Counted from the first letter of the stretch, positions 1-10,607 are shown. The stretch: DNA of 64,000 nucleotides from Alphaproteobacteria bacterium (GCA_965232515.1 CBDDPY010000002.1:2912001-2976000), one strand, 5' to 3'. The notes: generated by a model not told the origin, from the sequence alone. A program made the numbers and translations.

Positions 1-325
1 CCGGCGCGCGCAGGCCCAGATTCTGGCCGATCATGCCGCCCATCGACAGCCCGACCCAGTGCACCCGGTCGATCTCCAGTGCATCCAGCACGCCGAGCGC
101 GTCGTCGGCCAGCATATCGAGGCTGTAGGGGCCGTCCGGCGCCTCGGTGCCGCCGTGGCCGCGCGTATCCATGTTCAGCACACGGTATTTGGTGGTCAGG
201 CTCGGGAGCTGCGGCTTCCACATCCGCCGGCTCGAGGCCAGCGAGTGGCTCAACGCCACCACCGGCGCGCCGCCGGGACCCGCCAACTCGCAATTCACCT
301 TGATTCCGTTCGCCGCTATCTGCAT
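1..325 (-). CDS. pcaD: 3-oxoadipate enol-lactonase-like alpha/beta hydrolase (partial, runs off the left edge)
   Basis: Not in the ORF track. Manual translation from ATG at 325 gives MQIAANGIKVNCELAGPGGAPVVALSHSLASSRRMWKPQ...DTRGHG...HWVGLSMGGMIG, with a G-x-S-x-G nucleophile motif and a GAGGAG RBS upstream. Confidence 0.8.
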   Translation of the reverse strand, partial: MQIAANGIKVNCELAGPGGAPVVALSHSLASSRRMWKPQLPSLTTKYRVLNMDTRGHGGTEAPDGPYSLDMLADDALGVLDALEIDRVHWVGLSMGGMIGQNLGLRAP

Positions 326-338
326 GCCTTACTCCTCC

Positions 339-653
339 TCAGGCCGGCGCGATGCCATGGGCCTTGATCTCGACCTCGACGAAAACGAGTTCCTTCTCGC
401 CGCCGTTATAGACGTCGTGCTCGACGCCGGCCTGGCGGTAATACGGCACGCCGGCCGTCAGCTGCGCCTGTTGCCAGCCGTCTGATGTATCGATCTTCAG
501 CAGGCCGTCCGTTTGCGGCACCACGACGTAATCGAATTCGTGCACATGCCAACCGGTATGGGCGCCGGGCGCGAAGCGCCATTCGACCACCCGCACCCGT
601 TCGTTCTCGACCTGGATCGTCGGCACGGCATCGGCCGGCGCGTCCTGCTGCAT
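339..653 (-). CDS. Small cupin-domain protein (BauB-like)
   Basis: Cupin motifs TGWHVHEFDYVVVP and AGVEHDV. Start moved to MQQD (653), which follows a GAGG RBS. Confidence 0.8.
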   Translation of the reverse strand: MQQDAPADAVPTIQVENERVRVVEWRFAPGAHTGWHVHEFDYVVVPQTDGLLKIDTSDGWQQAQLTAGVPYYRQAGVEHDVYNGGEKELVFVEVEIKAHGIAPA

Positions 654-765
654 GTCGAACCTCCCTCGTTCCGCTGCAAGTAAACACCAATTCGCCGGCC
701 GGGACACGTCTTGCCGCTGACCTTAGCCTCGGGCATGCTGCCCGGCCGGTCTGCGAGGAACTGAA

Positions 766-2406
766 ATGGACGGTGGCGAGGCGCTGGTGCGCACGATGAT
801 CGCGCACGGCATCGAGGTCGGCTTCACGGTGCCCGGCGAGAGCTTTCTGACCGTGCTGGAAGCGCTCAGGCGGCAACGCAACCGCTTTCGGCTGGTTTCC
901 GTGCGCCAGGAAGGCGGCGGCGCGTTCGCCGCGGAAGCCTACGGCAAGCTGACGGGCAAGCCCGCGGCCGTGCTGGTCAGCCGCGGTCCGGGCGCGTCGA
1001 ACGCCGCCGTCGGCCTGCACACGGCGCGGCAGGATTCGACGCCGCTGCTGCTGGTCATCGGCCATGTGCGCCGGCGCTCGCGCGGCCGCGAGGCATTCCA
1101 GGAAGTCGATCACCACGCCATGTTCGCCTCGCTCGCCAAGGCCGTGATCGAGCCGGCGGCGGCCGACGAAATTCCGGAGGCGGCGGCGCGCGCCATCGCC
1201 AAGACCACCGAGGGCCGCCCCGGCCCGGTGGTGCTGGTCCTGCCGCGCGACCTGACCGAAGCCGAGATTGGCAAGCCTGAATTGCCCGAGGCCGCGGCGC
1301 GCGCGACGCTGACACCCGAACCGGATTTGCTGGCGGACGCCGCTGTACTGCTACGGGACGCCCGGCGGCCGCTGATCATCGCCGGCGAGCAGATTCCCTT
1401 CGAAGGGGCTCACGGCGCGCTCACCGACTTCGCATCGGCACTCGGCGCACCGGTGATGGCGGCCTATCGCCGCCAGGACGTGATGGACAACGAGCATCCG
1501 GCCTATGCCGGCCATCTGGAGATCAACCGCGTCGACTTCCAGCGCGGGGCCTTTGCCGACTGCGACCTGCTGATCGCGGCGGGCAGCCGGCTGGACGGCA
1601 TCACTGCCGAGGACGACAATCTGCTGCGCGACGGCCTGCCGCTCTTGCACATCCACCCCGACGCCGAGGTGCTGATGCGCTTCGGCGCCGACCTAGCGAT
1701 CCGCGCCGATACCGGCCCGACATTGACGGCGCTGACGCCCCGCCTGTCGGCGCCACCGACGGAACGCCTCGATTGGCGGGACGGGTTGCATCAGGCGTTT
1801 CTGAACCTGTCGACGCCCGGCGCCGTCCCGATTGCCGGCGAGGTGGATCTCGCCCAGATCGCGCATGTCGTCGATATGGCCACACCGGCCGACCGCGTCA
1901 TCCTGACCGACGCCGGCAGCTTTTCGCGCTGGATCCATCGCTATACCCGCAGCCGCGGACCGAGCAGCACGGCCGGACCGATGTCGGGCGCCATGGGCTA
2001 TGCCGTGCCCGGCGCCATCGGCGCGCATCTGGCCCGGCCCGAGGCGGCGATCATCGCCTATGTCGGCGACGGCGGCTTCATGATGACGGGCCAGGAGCTG
2101 ATGACCGCGATCGAACAAGACCTGCCGATCAAGCTCATCGTCTGCGACAACGCGGCCCAGGGTTCGATCCTGGCAGGACAGGTCAGCAAATACGGCGAGG
2201 CGTCAGACTATGCCACCCGGCTGCAAAGCCCCGACTTCGCCGCCGTCGCCGCGGCCTACGGCGCGCCGTCCTGGTCCGTGACCCGTACCGACGAATTCGC
2301 CGACGCCTTCGCGGCCGCGCTCGCCCATCCCGGCCCGGCGCTCATCCACGTCGTGACAGACACGCGCGACATCGCGCCCTACGGGCCCGGCAAGGACGCG
2401 GTGTAG
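766..2406 (+). CDS. Thiamine pyrophosphate-dependent enzyme, acetolactate synthase-like family
   Basis: VPGESFL, RQEGGGAF catalytic Glu, SRGPGASNA, GAMGYAVP and the TPP motif GDGGFMMTGQE...DN. Confidence 0.9.
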   Translation: MDGGEALVRTMIAHGIEVGFTVPGESFLTVLEALRRQRNRFRLVSVRQEGGGAFAAEAYGKLTGKPAAVLVSRGPGASNAAVGLHTARQDSTPLLLVIGHVRRRSRGREAFQEVDHHAMFASLAKAVIEPAAADEIPEAAARAIAKTTEGRPGPVVLVLPRDLTEAEIGKPELPEAAARATLTPEPDLLADAAVLLRDARRPLIIAGEQIPFEGAHGALTDFASALGAPVMAAYRRQDVMDNEHPAYAGHLEINRVDFQRGAFADCDLLIAAGSRLDGITAEDDNLLRDGLPLLHIHPDAEVLMRFGADLAIRADTGPTLTALTPRLSAPPTERLDWRDGLHQAFLNLSTPGAVPIAGEVDLAQIAHVVDMATPADRVILTDAGSFSRWIHRYTRSRGPSSTAGPMSGAMGYAVPGAIGAHLARPEAAIIAYVGDGGFMMTGQELMTAIEQDLPIKLIVCDNAAQGSILAGQVSKYGEASDYATRLQSPDFAAVAAAYGAPSWSVTRTDEFADAFAAALAHPGPALIHVVTDTRDIAPYGPGKDAV

Positions 2407-2414
2407 TAAATAAG

Positions 2415-3017
2415 CTAGTTCGCGGCCGGCGCGTCGAAGTTCACGGTGACCTCGGGCATGGCCTCGTTCAGGCGGGCGACCACCGACTCCGTGACATTCA
2501 GCTTGTCGTTGAAGACCAGCACCGCCGAGCGCGGCAGCGTCAGCGTTGCGCCCTTTTCCTGCATCACCTCGGCCACCGCGCGCGCCATGGCCTCGCGGAC
2601 TTGGCGCATGCCGGAATTGAACGCCGTGTTCAGCAGGTTGCGGCGCTGCTCGGCGTCCCGGCGCAGGTCGGCGTAGTCGCGCTCCAGCTTGCGCCGGCGC
2701 TGATCCATGGCCTCGCCCGAGAGGATCGCCTGTTGCCGGCGCAACTCGTCTTCCTCGACCTTCAGCGCCTGCTTGCGCTGCTCGAGCTGCTGCTCGTAGT
2801 TGGTGCGCTGCGTCTCCACTTGTCCGATCACGCTCTTGGCGGCGGCCGAGTCGCGCAAGACCCGCTGCACGTCCACGATCATCACCACGAGCGCGCCGTC
2901 TTGGGCGCGCGCCGGCGCCGACGACAGCATCGCAATGGCGAGAAGAACAAGTGCCGCGGCCCCGGCGATGGACGCGCGAGTCCAGACCGGGCCTGAGGTC
3001 GGATTTTTGGCCGTCAT
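2415..3017 (-). CDS. skp: OmpH/Skp family periplasmic chaperone
   Basis: Signal peptide, then IVDVQRVLRDS, a long coiled coil and a C-terminal LNVTESVVARLN typical of Skp. Confidence 0.8.
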   Translation of the reverse strand: MTAKNPTSGPVWTRASIAGAAALVLLAIAMLSSAPARAQDGALVVMIVDVQRVLRDSAAAKSVIGQVETQRTNYEQQLEQRKQALKVEEDELRRQQAILSGEAMDQRRRKLERDYADLRRDAEQRRNLLNTAFNSGMRQVREAMARAVAEVMQEKGATLTLPRSAVLVFNDKLNVTESVVARLNEAMPEVTVNFDAPAAN

Positions 3018-3116
3018 GATTCGCGCAACCTAACAGAGACACGGGGCCAAGCCAAACGAAGCCGCCGGCCGGAAACGCCCGCGCCGGGAAATGTGATCGG
3101 CCGCGCGAATACGCCG

Positions 3117-3713
3117 TCAGGCCGCCAGCTTGTCGGCCACGAAGTCGAGCCTGTCCTGGCCCCAGAACAGCTCGCCGTCGATCACGTAGGTCGGCGCGCC
3201 GAAGACACCGGCCGCCAAAGCGTCATCGATGTTGCGCCGGAATTCGGCCTGCGCCGCATCGCCTTCGGCGGCGGCGAGCAGCGTCGCGCCATCGAAACCT
3301 GCCTCGCCGACGGCCGCGAGGAGGTGATCCGGATCGGCAAGGTTACGGTCCTGCTCCCAGCAGGCCCGCAGCAGCGCCCAGGCGACGGCCAGCGGATCGA
3401 GGCCGGCCTGGCCGGCGGCGACGATCATGCGATTGGCGGTGCCGTCGTCGACGGGGTGGAACGGCGGCTTGACGTTGATCGGCAGGCCGAGCCGGGCTTT
3501 CCAGCGCTGCAGCTCCATCATCCGGTAGGCTTGGCGCGCCGGCGCGCGCTTGGGCAGCGGCAGACCGCCGGTCTGTGAAAAGATCTCGCCGAAATGCGCC
3601 GGCTTGCAGCGGATCTCGGCACCCGCCTTGGCGACAATATCGGTCAGCCGCGGATGCCCCAGATAGGTCCAAGGCGACGCGGCCGTGAGATAATAGTCGA
3701 TCACTTTGCTCAT
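3117..3713 (-). CDS. 2-hydroxychromene-2-carboxylate isomerase / kappa-GST (DsbA-like) family
   Basis: IDYYLTAASPWTYLG and GVFGAPTYVIDGELFWGQDRL. Confidence 0.9.
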   Translation of the reverse strand: MSKVIDYYLTAASPWTYLGHPRLTDIVAKAGAEIRCKPAHFGEIFSQTGGLPLPKRAPARQAYRMMELQRWKARLGLPINVKPPFHPVDDGTANRMIVAAGQAGLDPLAVAWALLRACWEQDRNLADPDHLLAAVGEAGFDGATLLAAAEGDAAQAEFRRNIDDALAAGVFGAPTYVIDGELFWGQDRLDFVADKLAA

Positions 3714-3717
3714 GGGG

Positions 3718-4563
3718 CTACTCCGGTAACGCGGTGGGCCAGACGACGTTCTTGGTCAGTTCGGGCCAGCCGATGGCGTCGCCGGCCCGTTTCGCCGCCT
3801 CTTCCGCCGGCAGCTGAGTGTCCCAGTTGGCGGCGATGTAGCGCCGGCCGGTGACGGCGTCGGCGGCCGGCGAGGCCAGCCACAGCATCGGCGGCGCCAT
3901 GGCTTCGGGCCGGATCAGGTCGGCCCTGTCGAAGCCCGATTCCAGCGGCACCATCGGCGTGTCGGCCGGCCCGCCGGGCACGACGATATTGACGGTGATG
4001 CCGCTGTCCTTGAACTCGCGGGCCAAGCCGGACAGCAGCGCCTCCAGCCCCGCCTTCGAGGCGCTGTAGGGCGAGAAGCCGTCGCGCAGCATGGTGAAGA
4101 AGCTGGTGGTGATGGCGATGATCCGCCCCCGCCGCTGCGCCTTCATGTGCGGGGCGACAGCCTTGATCAGCAGGAACGGGCCGGTCAGGTTGACATCGAT
4201 GAACTGACGCCAGGCGTCGGCGTCGATCTCGTCGATGCCGATCAGATCGTCCATATGGTCGGGCCGGATTACGCCCATCCCAAGGCCGGCGCTGTTGATC
4301 AGCACGTCGATGCGACCGAACCGCTCAACAGTGCGCTCCACCGTATCCGCGATATAGGCCGGGTCGGCGATGTCGCCCGGCAGCGCCAGCACGTTGTCGG
4401 CGCCGGCGACGGCGCAGGCGTCGTCGTCCAGCTCCGCCAGCCCCTCGACGTTGGCGTCCATGATCGCCACCCGCGCGCCGGCATTAACAAAGGCCTGCGT
4501 CACCGCCCGGCCCAGCCCGCCGGCGGCGCCCGTGACCATCACCACGCTGCCCTCAACCGTCAT
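3718..4563 (-). CDS. Short-chain dehydrogenase/reductase
   Basis: TGAAGGLG, INSAG and the catalytic YSASK motif. Confidence 0.9.
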   Translation of the reverse strand: MTVEGSVVMVTGAAGGLGRAVTQAFVNAGARVAIMDANVEGLAELDDDACAVAGADNVLALPGDIADPAYIADTVERTVERFGRIDVLINSAGLGMGVIRPDHMDDLIGIDEIDADAWRQFIDVNLTGPFLLIKAVAPHMKAQRRGRIIAITTSFFTMLRDGFSPYSASKAGLEALLSGLAREFKDSGITVNIVVPGGPADTPMVPLESGFDRADLIRPEAMAPPMLWLASPAADAVTGRRYIAANWDTQLPAEEAAKRAGDAIGWPELTKNVVWPTALPE

Positions 4564-4596
4564 ATTCCGGCCTCCTGTGTTCCTTGCATACGCAGT

Positions 4597-5406
4597 CTAG
4601 CGCAGATGCCGGTCGAGAAAGCCGCGGACCCGCTGAATGGCGTCGGCGCGCGCGGCCGGATCGGGCACGATCCGGTGACCATACGCCTCGAGCGCCGGCC
4701 CCTCGCCGTCGAAGCCGTGATGGGCGCCGGGATAGACCTGCAAGGTGACGCTTTGGTCGGTCCGGCCGACCTGGCGCATGCCGCGACAGCGATCGGCGGG
4801 CGTCCAGTCGTCGGCATCGCCGATCAGGATCTGCAGCGGCGCGTCCAGATCGACCAGCAAATCCGGGCACCAGGGATAGAAGGCGATGGCGGCCCGGAAC
4901 GGTTCGGCCCGGGCGCCGGCGATCTTGCGCACCGACAGTACGGCCGCCGAACCGCCATGCGACCAGCCGATGACGCCGATGCGGCGCCGGTCGATGTCGG
5001 GCCGGGCGGCGAGCCAGGCGCGCGCGGCATGGGCGTCGTCGGCGCGCGTGAAGGGATTGACGCTGAGCGGCTGTTCGCAAACCGAGACCTCGCCCCGGGG
5101 CGTGAAGCTGTCGACCCGCAGCGTGGCGTAGCCCCATTGCGCCAGACGGAAAGCCCAGGCGATCTGCGCGCCGACCATGCCGTCACAATGATGCAGCAGC
5201 ACGACGGCCGGGAACGGCCCCGCGCCATCGGGGCGAAGCAGAATGCCGGAGAGCAGAATTGGCCGGCCGTCGGCTGTCGGGCGCTCAAAGGCCACGGATT
5301 CGGGCGCGCCAGACCGTGCTTCGACTGCCGCAAACAGCAAAGTCACAAGGATAGCTGCGACAAATCGCACCGGTCGGGACGACAGGCCGGCGTTTTCTGA
5401 CGGCAA
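4597..5406 (-). CDS. Dienelactone hydrolase-family protein, probably exported (start uncertain, GTG at 5370 possible)
   Basis: GWSHGG nucleophile, IGDADDW Asp, YPGAHHGFD His and a hydrophobic N-terminus. Confidence 0.8.
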   Translation of the reverse strand: MPSENAGLSSRPVRFVAAILVTLLFAAVEARSGAPESVAFERPTADGRPILLSGILLRPDGAGPFPAVVLLHHCDGMVGAQIAWAFRLAQWGYATLRVDSFTPRGEVSVCEQPLSVNPFTRADDAHAARAWLAARPDIDRRRIGVIGWSHGGSAAVLSVRKIAGARAEPFRAAIAFYPWCPDLLVDLDAPLQILIGDADDWTPADRCRGMRQVGRTDQSVTLQVYPGAHHGFDGEGPALEAYGHRIVPDPAARADAIQRVRGFLDRHLR

Positions 5407-5432
5407 AAATTGTTTTAAACTTAAAATAATTT
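5407..5432. promoter_or_regulatory. AT-rich imperfect palindrome in a divergent promoter, candidate repressor operator
   Basis: AAATTGTTTTAA-AC-TTAAAATAATTT has 12-bp arms with one mismatch, in otherwise very GC-rich DNA. Confidence 0.55.
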
Positions 5433-5493
5433 ATCTCCCTGTCGGGACATCAGTCTTAGCGCAGCGACGGGGTCAGGGCGAGGACGGCGAAGC

Positions 5494-7833
5494 ATGAAGA
5501 TCGACATCATCGGCGGCGGTCCGGCGGGGCTCTATTTCGCGATCCTGATGAAGAAGGCCGATCCCGGCCACGAGATCCACGTCGTCGAGCGCAATCGGCC
5601 GGACGACACGTTTGGCTTCGGCGTGGTGTTTTCCGACGAGACGCTGGGCCACTTCCGCGACAGCGATCCCGAGACCTACTACGAGATCCTCGACAACTTC
5701 GCCTATTGGGACGAGATCGACACCCATTTCAAGGGTCAGGTGATCCGCTCGACGGGCCACGGCTTCTGCGGCATCGGCCGCAAGGAACTGCTGAACATCC
5801 TGCAGCGGCGCGCCGCCGGCCTGGACATCGACATCCGCTACGAGACCGACATTGCCGACGTCGAGACTCTGCGCCAGAACACCGACCTGCTGGTCGCCTC
5901 GGACGGCATCAACAGCGTCACCCGCGACACCTACGAGGCGAGCTTCCGGACCGAGATCGACTGGCGCAGCAACAAGTTCGTCTGGCTGGGTATCAAGGCG
6001 GCGCTGCCGGCCTTCACCTTCATCTTCAAGGAAGACCAGCACGGCATCTGGAACGTGCACGCCTACCGCTACAAGGGTGACTACGCGACCTTCGTGCTGG
6101 AGACCACGGAAGAGGCCTGGCGCAAGGCCGGGCTGGACCAGGCGAGCGAGGAAGAAACCGTCGCCTTCACGCGAGCGCTGTTCGCCGACGAGTTGCCGGA
6201 GTGCGAGTATCTCACCAACCGCTCGCTCTGGCGCACGTTCCCGATGATCCGCTGCGGCAGCTGGGTGCACGAGAATGTCGTGCTGATCGGCGATTCCGCC
6301 CACACCGCGCATTTCTCCATCGGCTCCGGCACCAAGCTGGCGATGGAAGACTCGATCGCGCTCGCCGACGCCTTCGCCGCGCGGCCGAACGACGTGCGCG
6401 CGGCGCTCGCCGATTACGATGCCGTCCGCCGGCCGGAAGTCGAGAAGATCCAGCACGCGGCCGACGTCAGCCTGGTCTGGTTCGAGAACGTGCACCGGTT
6501 CTGGGACATGGACCCGGTGCAGTTCAATTTCTCGCTGCTCTCGCGGTCGAAGCAGATCACCTACGACAATCTGCGCCTGCGCGACGCCAAGCTGGTCGAC
6601 GACGTAACGCACTGGTGCGCCGAGCAGTCCCGTACTGCCGGCTTCGACGTACCGCGCAACGATCCGCCGCCGCCGATGTTCCTGCCGTTCAAGCTGCGCG
6701 ACATGGTGGTGCAGAACCGCGTCGTGGTTTCTGCCATGTGCCAATACTCGGCGACCGACGGCATGCCGGACGACTGGCACCTCGTGCATCTCGGCAGCCG
6801 CGCCATCGGCGGCGCCGGCCTGGTCTTCACCGAGATGACCAACGTTTCGGCCGACGCGCGCATCTCGCCGGGCTGCACAGGGCTCTATTCGGAGACCCAT
6901 CGCGACGCCTGGAAGCGCATCGTCGACTTCGTGCATGCCAACAGCCAGGCCAGGATCTGCATGCAGCTCGGCCATGCCGGCCGCAAGGGCTCGACCCAGC
7001 TCGGCTGGGAGGAGATGGACCATCCGCTGGCGGACGGCAACTGGCCGATCGTCGCGCCTTCGCCGCTGCCCTACTTCCCCGACAGCCAGACCCCGCGCGA
7101 GATGACGCGGGCCGACATGGACGAAACCATCGCCCACTATGTCCAGGCCGCGAAATGGGCCGACGAGGCCGGCTTCGACATGTGCGAGGTGCACATGGCG
7201 CACGGCTATCTGCTGGCGAGCTTCATCTCGCCGCTGACCAACAAGCGGAGCGACCAATATGGCGGCACGGTCGAAAACCGCATGCGCTTCCCGCTCGAGG
7301 TGTTCGACGCGGTGCGCGCGATCTGGCCCGCGCACAAGCCGATGTCGGCCCGGATCTCGGCGACGGACTGGATGCCCGACGGCCTGAGCGACGCCGACCT
7401 GCTGGCGGTGGCGCGGTTGCTGAAGGAGCATGGCTGCGACCTGATCGACGTGTCGGCCGGCCAGACCGTGCCGGACCAGCAGCCGATCTACGGCCGCATG
7501 TTCCAGACGCCGTTCTCGGACCGCATCCGCAACGAGGTCGATGTCGCGACCATGGCCGTCGGCAACATCACCACGGCGGACCAGATCAACACCATCGTCG
7601 CCGCCGGCCGCGCCGACCTGGTGGCGCTCGCCCGGCCGCACCTGGCCGATCCCTACTTCACCCTGCGCGCGGCGGCGCATTACGGCTACACGCCGCAGCA
7701 CTGGCCGGCGCCCTACCTCACGGGTCGCGACCAGGCGTTGCTGCTGGCCGAACGCGCGAACGAGGAACAGGCCGAGATGCGCCGCCTCGCCCGCCCACCG
7801 AAGCCCCAGCACGAGCGCCTCGCTGCCGACTAG
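5494..7833 (+). CDS. abmA: Bifunctional salicylyl-CoA 5-hydroxylase / anthraniloyl-CoA monooxygenase-reductase (FAD monooxygenase fused to an OYE-like reductase)
   Basis: N-terminal [23 protein letters not shown] and [22 protein letters not shown]-terminal OYE domain [23 protein letters not shown] and [10 protein letters not shown]. Confidence 0.9.
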   Translation: MKIDIIGGGPAGLYFAILMKKADPGHEIHVVERNRPDDTFGFGVVFSDETLGHFRDSDPETYYEILDNFAYWDEIDTHFKGQVIRSTGHGFCGIGRKELLNILQRRAAGLDIDIRYETDIADVETLRQNTDLLVASDGINSVTRDTYEASFRTEIDWRSNKFVWLGIKAALPAFTFIFKEDQHGIWNVHAYRYKGDYATFVLETTEEAWRKAGLDQASEEETVAFTRALFADELPECEYLTNRSLWRTFPMIRCGSWVHENVVLIGDSAHTAHFSIGSGTKLAMEDSIALADAFAARPNDVRAALADYDAVRRPEVEKIQHAADVSLVWFENVHRFWDMDPVQFNFSLLSRSKQITYDNLRLRDAKLVDDVTHWCAEQSRTAGFDVPRNDPPPPMFLPFKLRDMVVQNRVVVSAMCQYSATDGMPDDWHLVHLGSRAIGGAGLVFTEMTNVSADARISPGCTGLYSETHRDAWKRIVDFVHANSQARICMQLGHAGRKGSTQLGWEEMDHPLADGNWPIVAPSPLPYFPDSQTPREMTRADMDETIAHYVQAAKWADEAGFDMCEVHMAHGYLLASFISPLTNKRSDQYGGTVENRMRFPLEVFDAVRAIWPAHKPMSARISATDWMPDGLSDADLLAVARLLKEHGCDLIDVSAGQTVPDQQPIYGRMFQTPFSDRIRNEVDVATMAVGNITTADQINTIVAAGRADLVALARPHLADPYFTLRAAAHYGYTPQHWPAPYLTGRDQALLLAERANEEQAEMRRLARPPKPQHERLAAD

Positions 7834-7993
7834 GCCATGCCGGTGGCGCATGGCTGACCGGCGATCGAGAAGTCCGGTTTCCTTGCCACGACACAACCGT
7901 TACGCTTGTCACGCATGACATCGCGCTGATGCTGCTAGGCCGAGGCGGCGATCCGCGATGTTTTCGTTGTTGCCAGATCGACGCGACCGGTAA

Positions 7994-8908
7994 ATGACCG
8001 CAGAAGCGACAGGACGTCAGCGCGCCGGCGGCGTGCGGGGGCTGACCGTGGCCACGGGCCGTGGCATCGTCTACATGATCGTCGGCTGCGCGCTGCTGAC
8101 GCTGAACGACGCGCTAGTGAAGTGGACGACCGCTGGCTATCCGGTCGGACAGATCCTGTTCGTGCGCGGCAGCTTCGTGTTCCTGCCCCTCGCCTTCCTG
8201 ATCTGGCGCATGGGCGGACTCGGCGTGCTGCGCGTGCACAATCACGGCGGCCAGGCGCTGCGCGCCATGCTGGTCGTCGTCGCGACCTTCCTGTTCATCA
8301 CCGGCCTCAGTCTGTTGCCGCTGGCGGACGCCATCGCGGTCGCCTTCGCGGGGCCGCTGATCGCCACGGCCTTGGCCCCCTTCATGCTGGGCGAGCGGGT
8401 CGGCTGGCGACGCTGGTCGGCGGTCATCGTCGGCTTCGGCGGCGTCCTGCTGATGGCCCGGCCCAGCGGCAACGTCGTCGCCTGGGCCGTATTGCTGCCG
8501 CTGGGCGCGACGATCTGCGGCGCGTTGCGCGATATCCTGACCCGCCGCATCGCCGCCACGGAATCGTCGGTCGGCATCCTGTTCTATACGACCACCGCCG
8601 TCACCATCGCCGGCGCCATCAGCCTCACCTACTACGGCTGGACGCCCATGCCCTGGCAGGACGCCGGCGTGCTGGCGCTGGCGGCCATGCTGATGGCCGG
8701 CGCGCACTACCTGCAGATCGAGGCCTTCCGCTTCGCCGAGGCCACCGCCGTCACCCCCTACCGTTACACGTCCATGGTCTGGGCGATCCTGTTCGGCTAT
8801 CTGATCTGGAGCCACCTGCCGAGCGGCGGCATGCTGGCCGGCGCCGCCCTGGTGATCGGCAGCGGCCTCTACATCTGGCACCGCGAGCGACGGCTCAAGG
8901 GCTCTTAG
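7994..8908 (+). CDS. DMT/EamA family transporter
   Basis: About 10 hydrophobic segments, with LGERVGWRRW and a second EamA repeat. Confidence 0.85.
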   Translation: MTAEATGRQRAGGVRGLTVATGRGIVYMIVGCALLTLNDALVKWTTAGYPVGQILFVRGSFVFLPLAFLIWRMGGLGVLRVHNHGGQALRAMLVVVATFLFITGLSLLPLADAIAVAFAGPLIATALAPFMLGERVGWRRWSAVIVGFGGVLLMARPSGNVVAWAVLLPLGATICGALRDILTRRIAATESSVGILFYTTTAVTIAGAISLTYYGWTPMPWQDAGVLALAAMLMAGAHYLQIEAFRFAEATAVTPYRYTSMVWAILFGYLIWSHLPSGGMLAGAALVIGSGLYIWHRERRLKGS

Positions 8909-10607
8909 GCACCACGTCGAAGGCGACGCTGATCCGCTCCTGGTCGGATTCGAACGGGATGGTGCGGTGCCAGAAATAGGACGGGAACAGCAGCATGGCG
9001 CCGGTTTCCGGCCGGATCACCCGCGTCTGCGCCAGCGCCCGGTTGCCGCCCCCGGCATCGGTGACGTTGGAGGCGCCGAACTCGATGAAGCCGGCCGGCG
9101 CCTCGGCCGCGGTCGCCACCGCGTCCGGCAGCTCGACATAGTAGACGCCGCTGATGAAACCGCTCGGATGGTTGTGCGGGCTCTGATGGCCGCCACGGCG
9201 CAACACCACGCCCCAGACCACGAGACGCCAGTCCATGGGCGGCTCGCGGAAATAGTCGTAGGCGGCGTCCGCCAGCTGTTGCGACAGATAGCCTGACGCC
9301 GCCGCGCGCACCATGCCGTCGAAGGCCCGCACGACCGGCGCCCTATCGTCCGCGATATCGAGCGTCTGGCTGCCGAGCGTCGTCGACCGGCCCGGGCGGT
9401 CCCAGAGCAGCGACTCGTGCCGGCGCACATAGGCCGCCAGTTCCCGGTTGAACACCTCGATCCCGCCGAAGCCGTCCACGGTCTCGAAATCCCGGCGGCC
9501 GAGCAGCCGATCATAGTCGAACATCCGCGCCACATCGGCGTCGCGCCCGAGGTCGCCATAGACCAGCCCCAGCGTCGCATGCGCCCGGACGTAACGCGGA
9601 TTGATCGCGATCGCCCGCTCCAGGGCTTCCCGCGCCGCCTCGGGCCGGCCGCGCCGCTGCAGCGCCAGGCCAAGGTGATAGTGCGCGTTGGCGAAGCCCG
9701 GATCGATGGCCACAGCCCGCTCGCAGGCCGCCACCGCTTCATCGAGGCGGTCCAGCTCGACATACGTCCAGCCGAGGTTGGACCAGACCGCCGCGTTCGT
9801 GTCGTCCTCCGCCAGCGCCCGTTCATAGGCCGCGGCCGAGCCGGTCAGGTCGCCAGCGTCGCCCAGCGCATTGGCGAGCGCCGCCAGCGCCGCCGCATCC
9901 TCGCCGGCCCGCCGGTAGGCCGCGATCGCCGCCGGCAGATCGCCCAACTCGCGTTGTGCGTGCCCAAGCGCCAGGGCCGCCGCGGCATGGTCCGGCCGCA
10001 ACGCGAGAGCGGCCTCGAATGCGTCGATCGCCGCCGGCAGATCGCCGGTCAGCCGCGCCATGTTGCCGAGCCCGAGCTGCGCCGCGACCGATTCCGGATT
10101 AGCCGCCACCGCCCGCCGATAGGCTTCGCGCGCGTCGCCATGGGCGCCACGCCCGGCCAGCAGGCCCGCGAGATTGAACGACGCACCGGCATGCTCGGGC
10201 TGCAGGCTCAACACTTTGCGGTAGGCGTCCTCGGCTTCTTTGCCGCGCCCCATCGCGGCGACCGCATTGCCCAGATTGAACCAGGCGCCGGCATGTCCCG
10301 GCGTCAGCTTTGTTGCTTCGCGGAAGGCCTCGGCCGCCTCGCCCAACCGGCCGGAAGCCTTGTAGGCGTTGCCGAGATTGACCTGGATCGCGGGGTCGGC
10401 CGGGTTCGCCGCGCTTGCCGCGGTCAGCAGGGATAGCGCCGCGTCCTTTTCACCCCGACGCAGGGCGATGGTGCCCGCCAAATGCAGGACGGCCGGATTA
10501 TCCGGCGCCACGGCCCGGAGTTCGCGACAGATCTCGGCCGCTGCATCCAGACGGCCTGACCGGAACGCCGCCACGGCGGCCTGAAACTGTGCTTGCGCGT
10601 CCTGCAT
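8895..10607 (-). CDS. TPR-repeat protein with C-terminal putative 2OG-Fe(II) oxygenase (TIGR02466-like) domain
   Basis: Many xNLGxA...A...Y..A....P repeats. The C-terminus has HQSPHNHPSGFISGVYY, LLFPSYFWHRT and RISVAFD. Confidence 0.85.
   Translation of the reverse strand: MQDAQAQFQAAVAAFRSGRLDAAAEICRELRAVAPDNPAVLHLAGTIALRRGEKDAALSLLTAASAANPADPAIQVNLGNAYKASGRLGEAAEAFREATKLTPGHAGAWFNLGNAVAAMGRGKEAEDAYRKVLSLQPEHAGASFNLAGLLAGRGAHGDAREAYRRAVAANPESVAAQLGLGNMARLTGDLPAAIDAFEAALALRPDHAAAALALGHAQRELGDLPAAIAAYRRAGEDAAALAALANALGDAGDLTGSAAAYERALAEDDTNAAVWSNLGWTYVELDRLDEAVAACERAVAIDPGFANAHYHLGLALQRRGRPEAAREALERAIAINPRYVRAHATLGLVYGDLGRDADVARMFDYDRLLGRRDFETVDGFGGIEVFNRELAAYVRRHESLLWDRPGRSTTLGSQTLDIADDRAPVVRAFDGMVRAAASGYLSQQLADAAYDYFREPPMDWRLVVWGVVLRRGGHQSPHNHPSGFISGVYYVELPDAVATAAEAPAGFIEFGASNVTDAGGGNRALAQTRVIRPETGAMLLFPSYFWHRTIPFESDQERISVAFDVVPKSP

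Noticed and set aside
5473-7896. 807-aa minus-strand ORF
   Set aside because: Antisense shadow of the abmA-like gene. It has no motifs, and such shadows are common in high-GC coding DNA.
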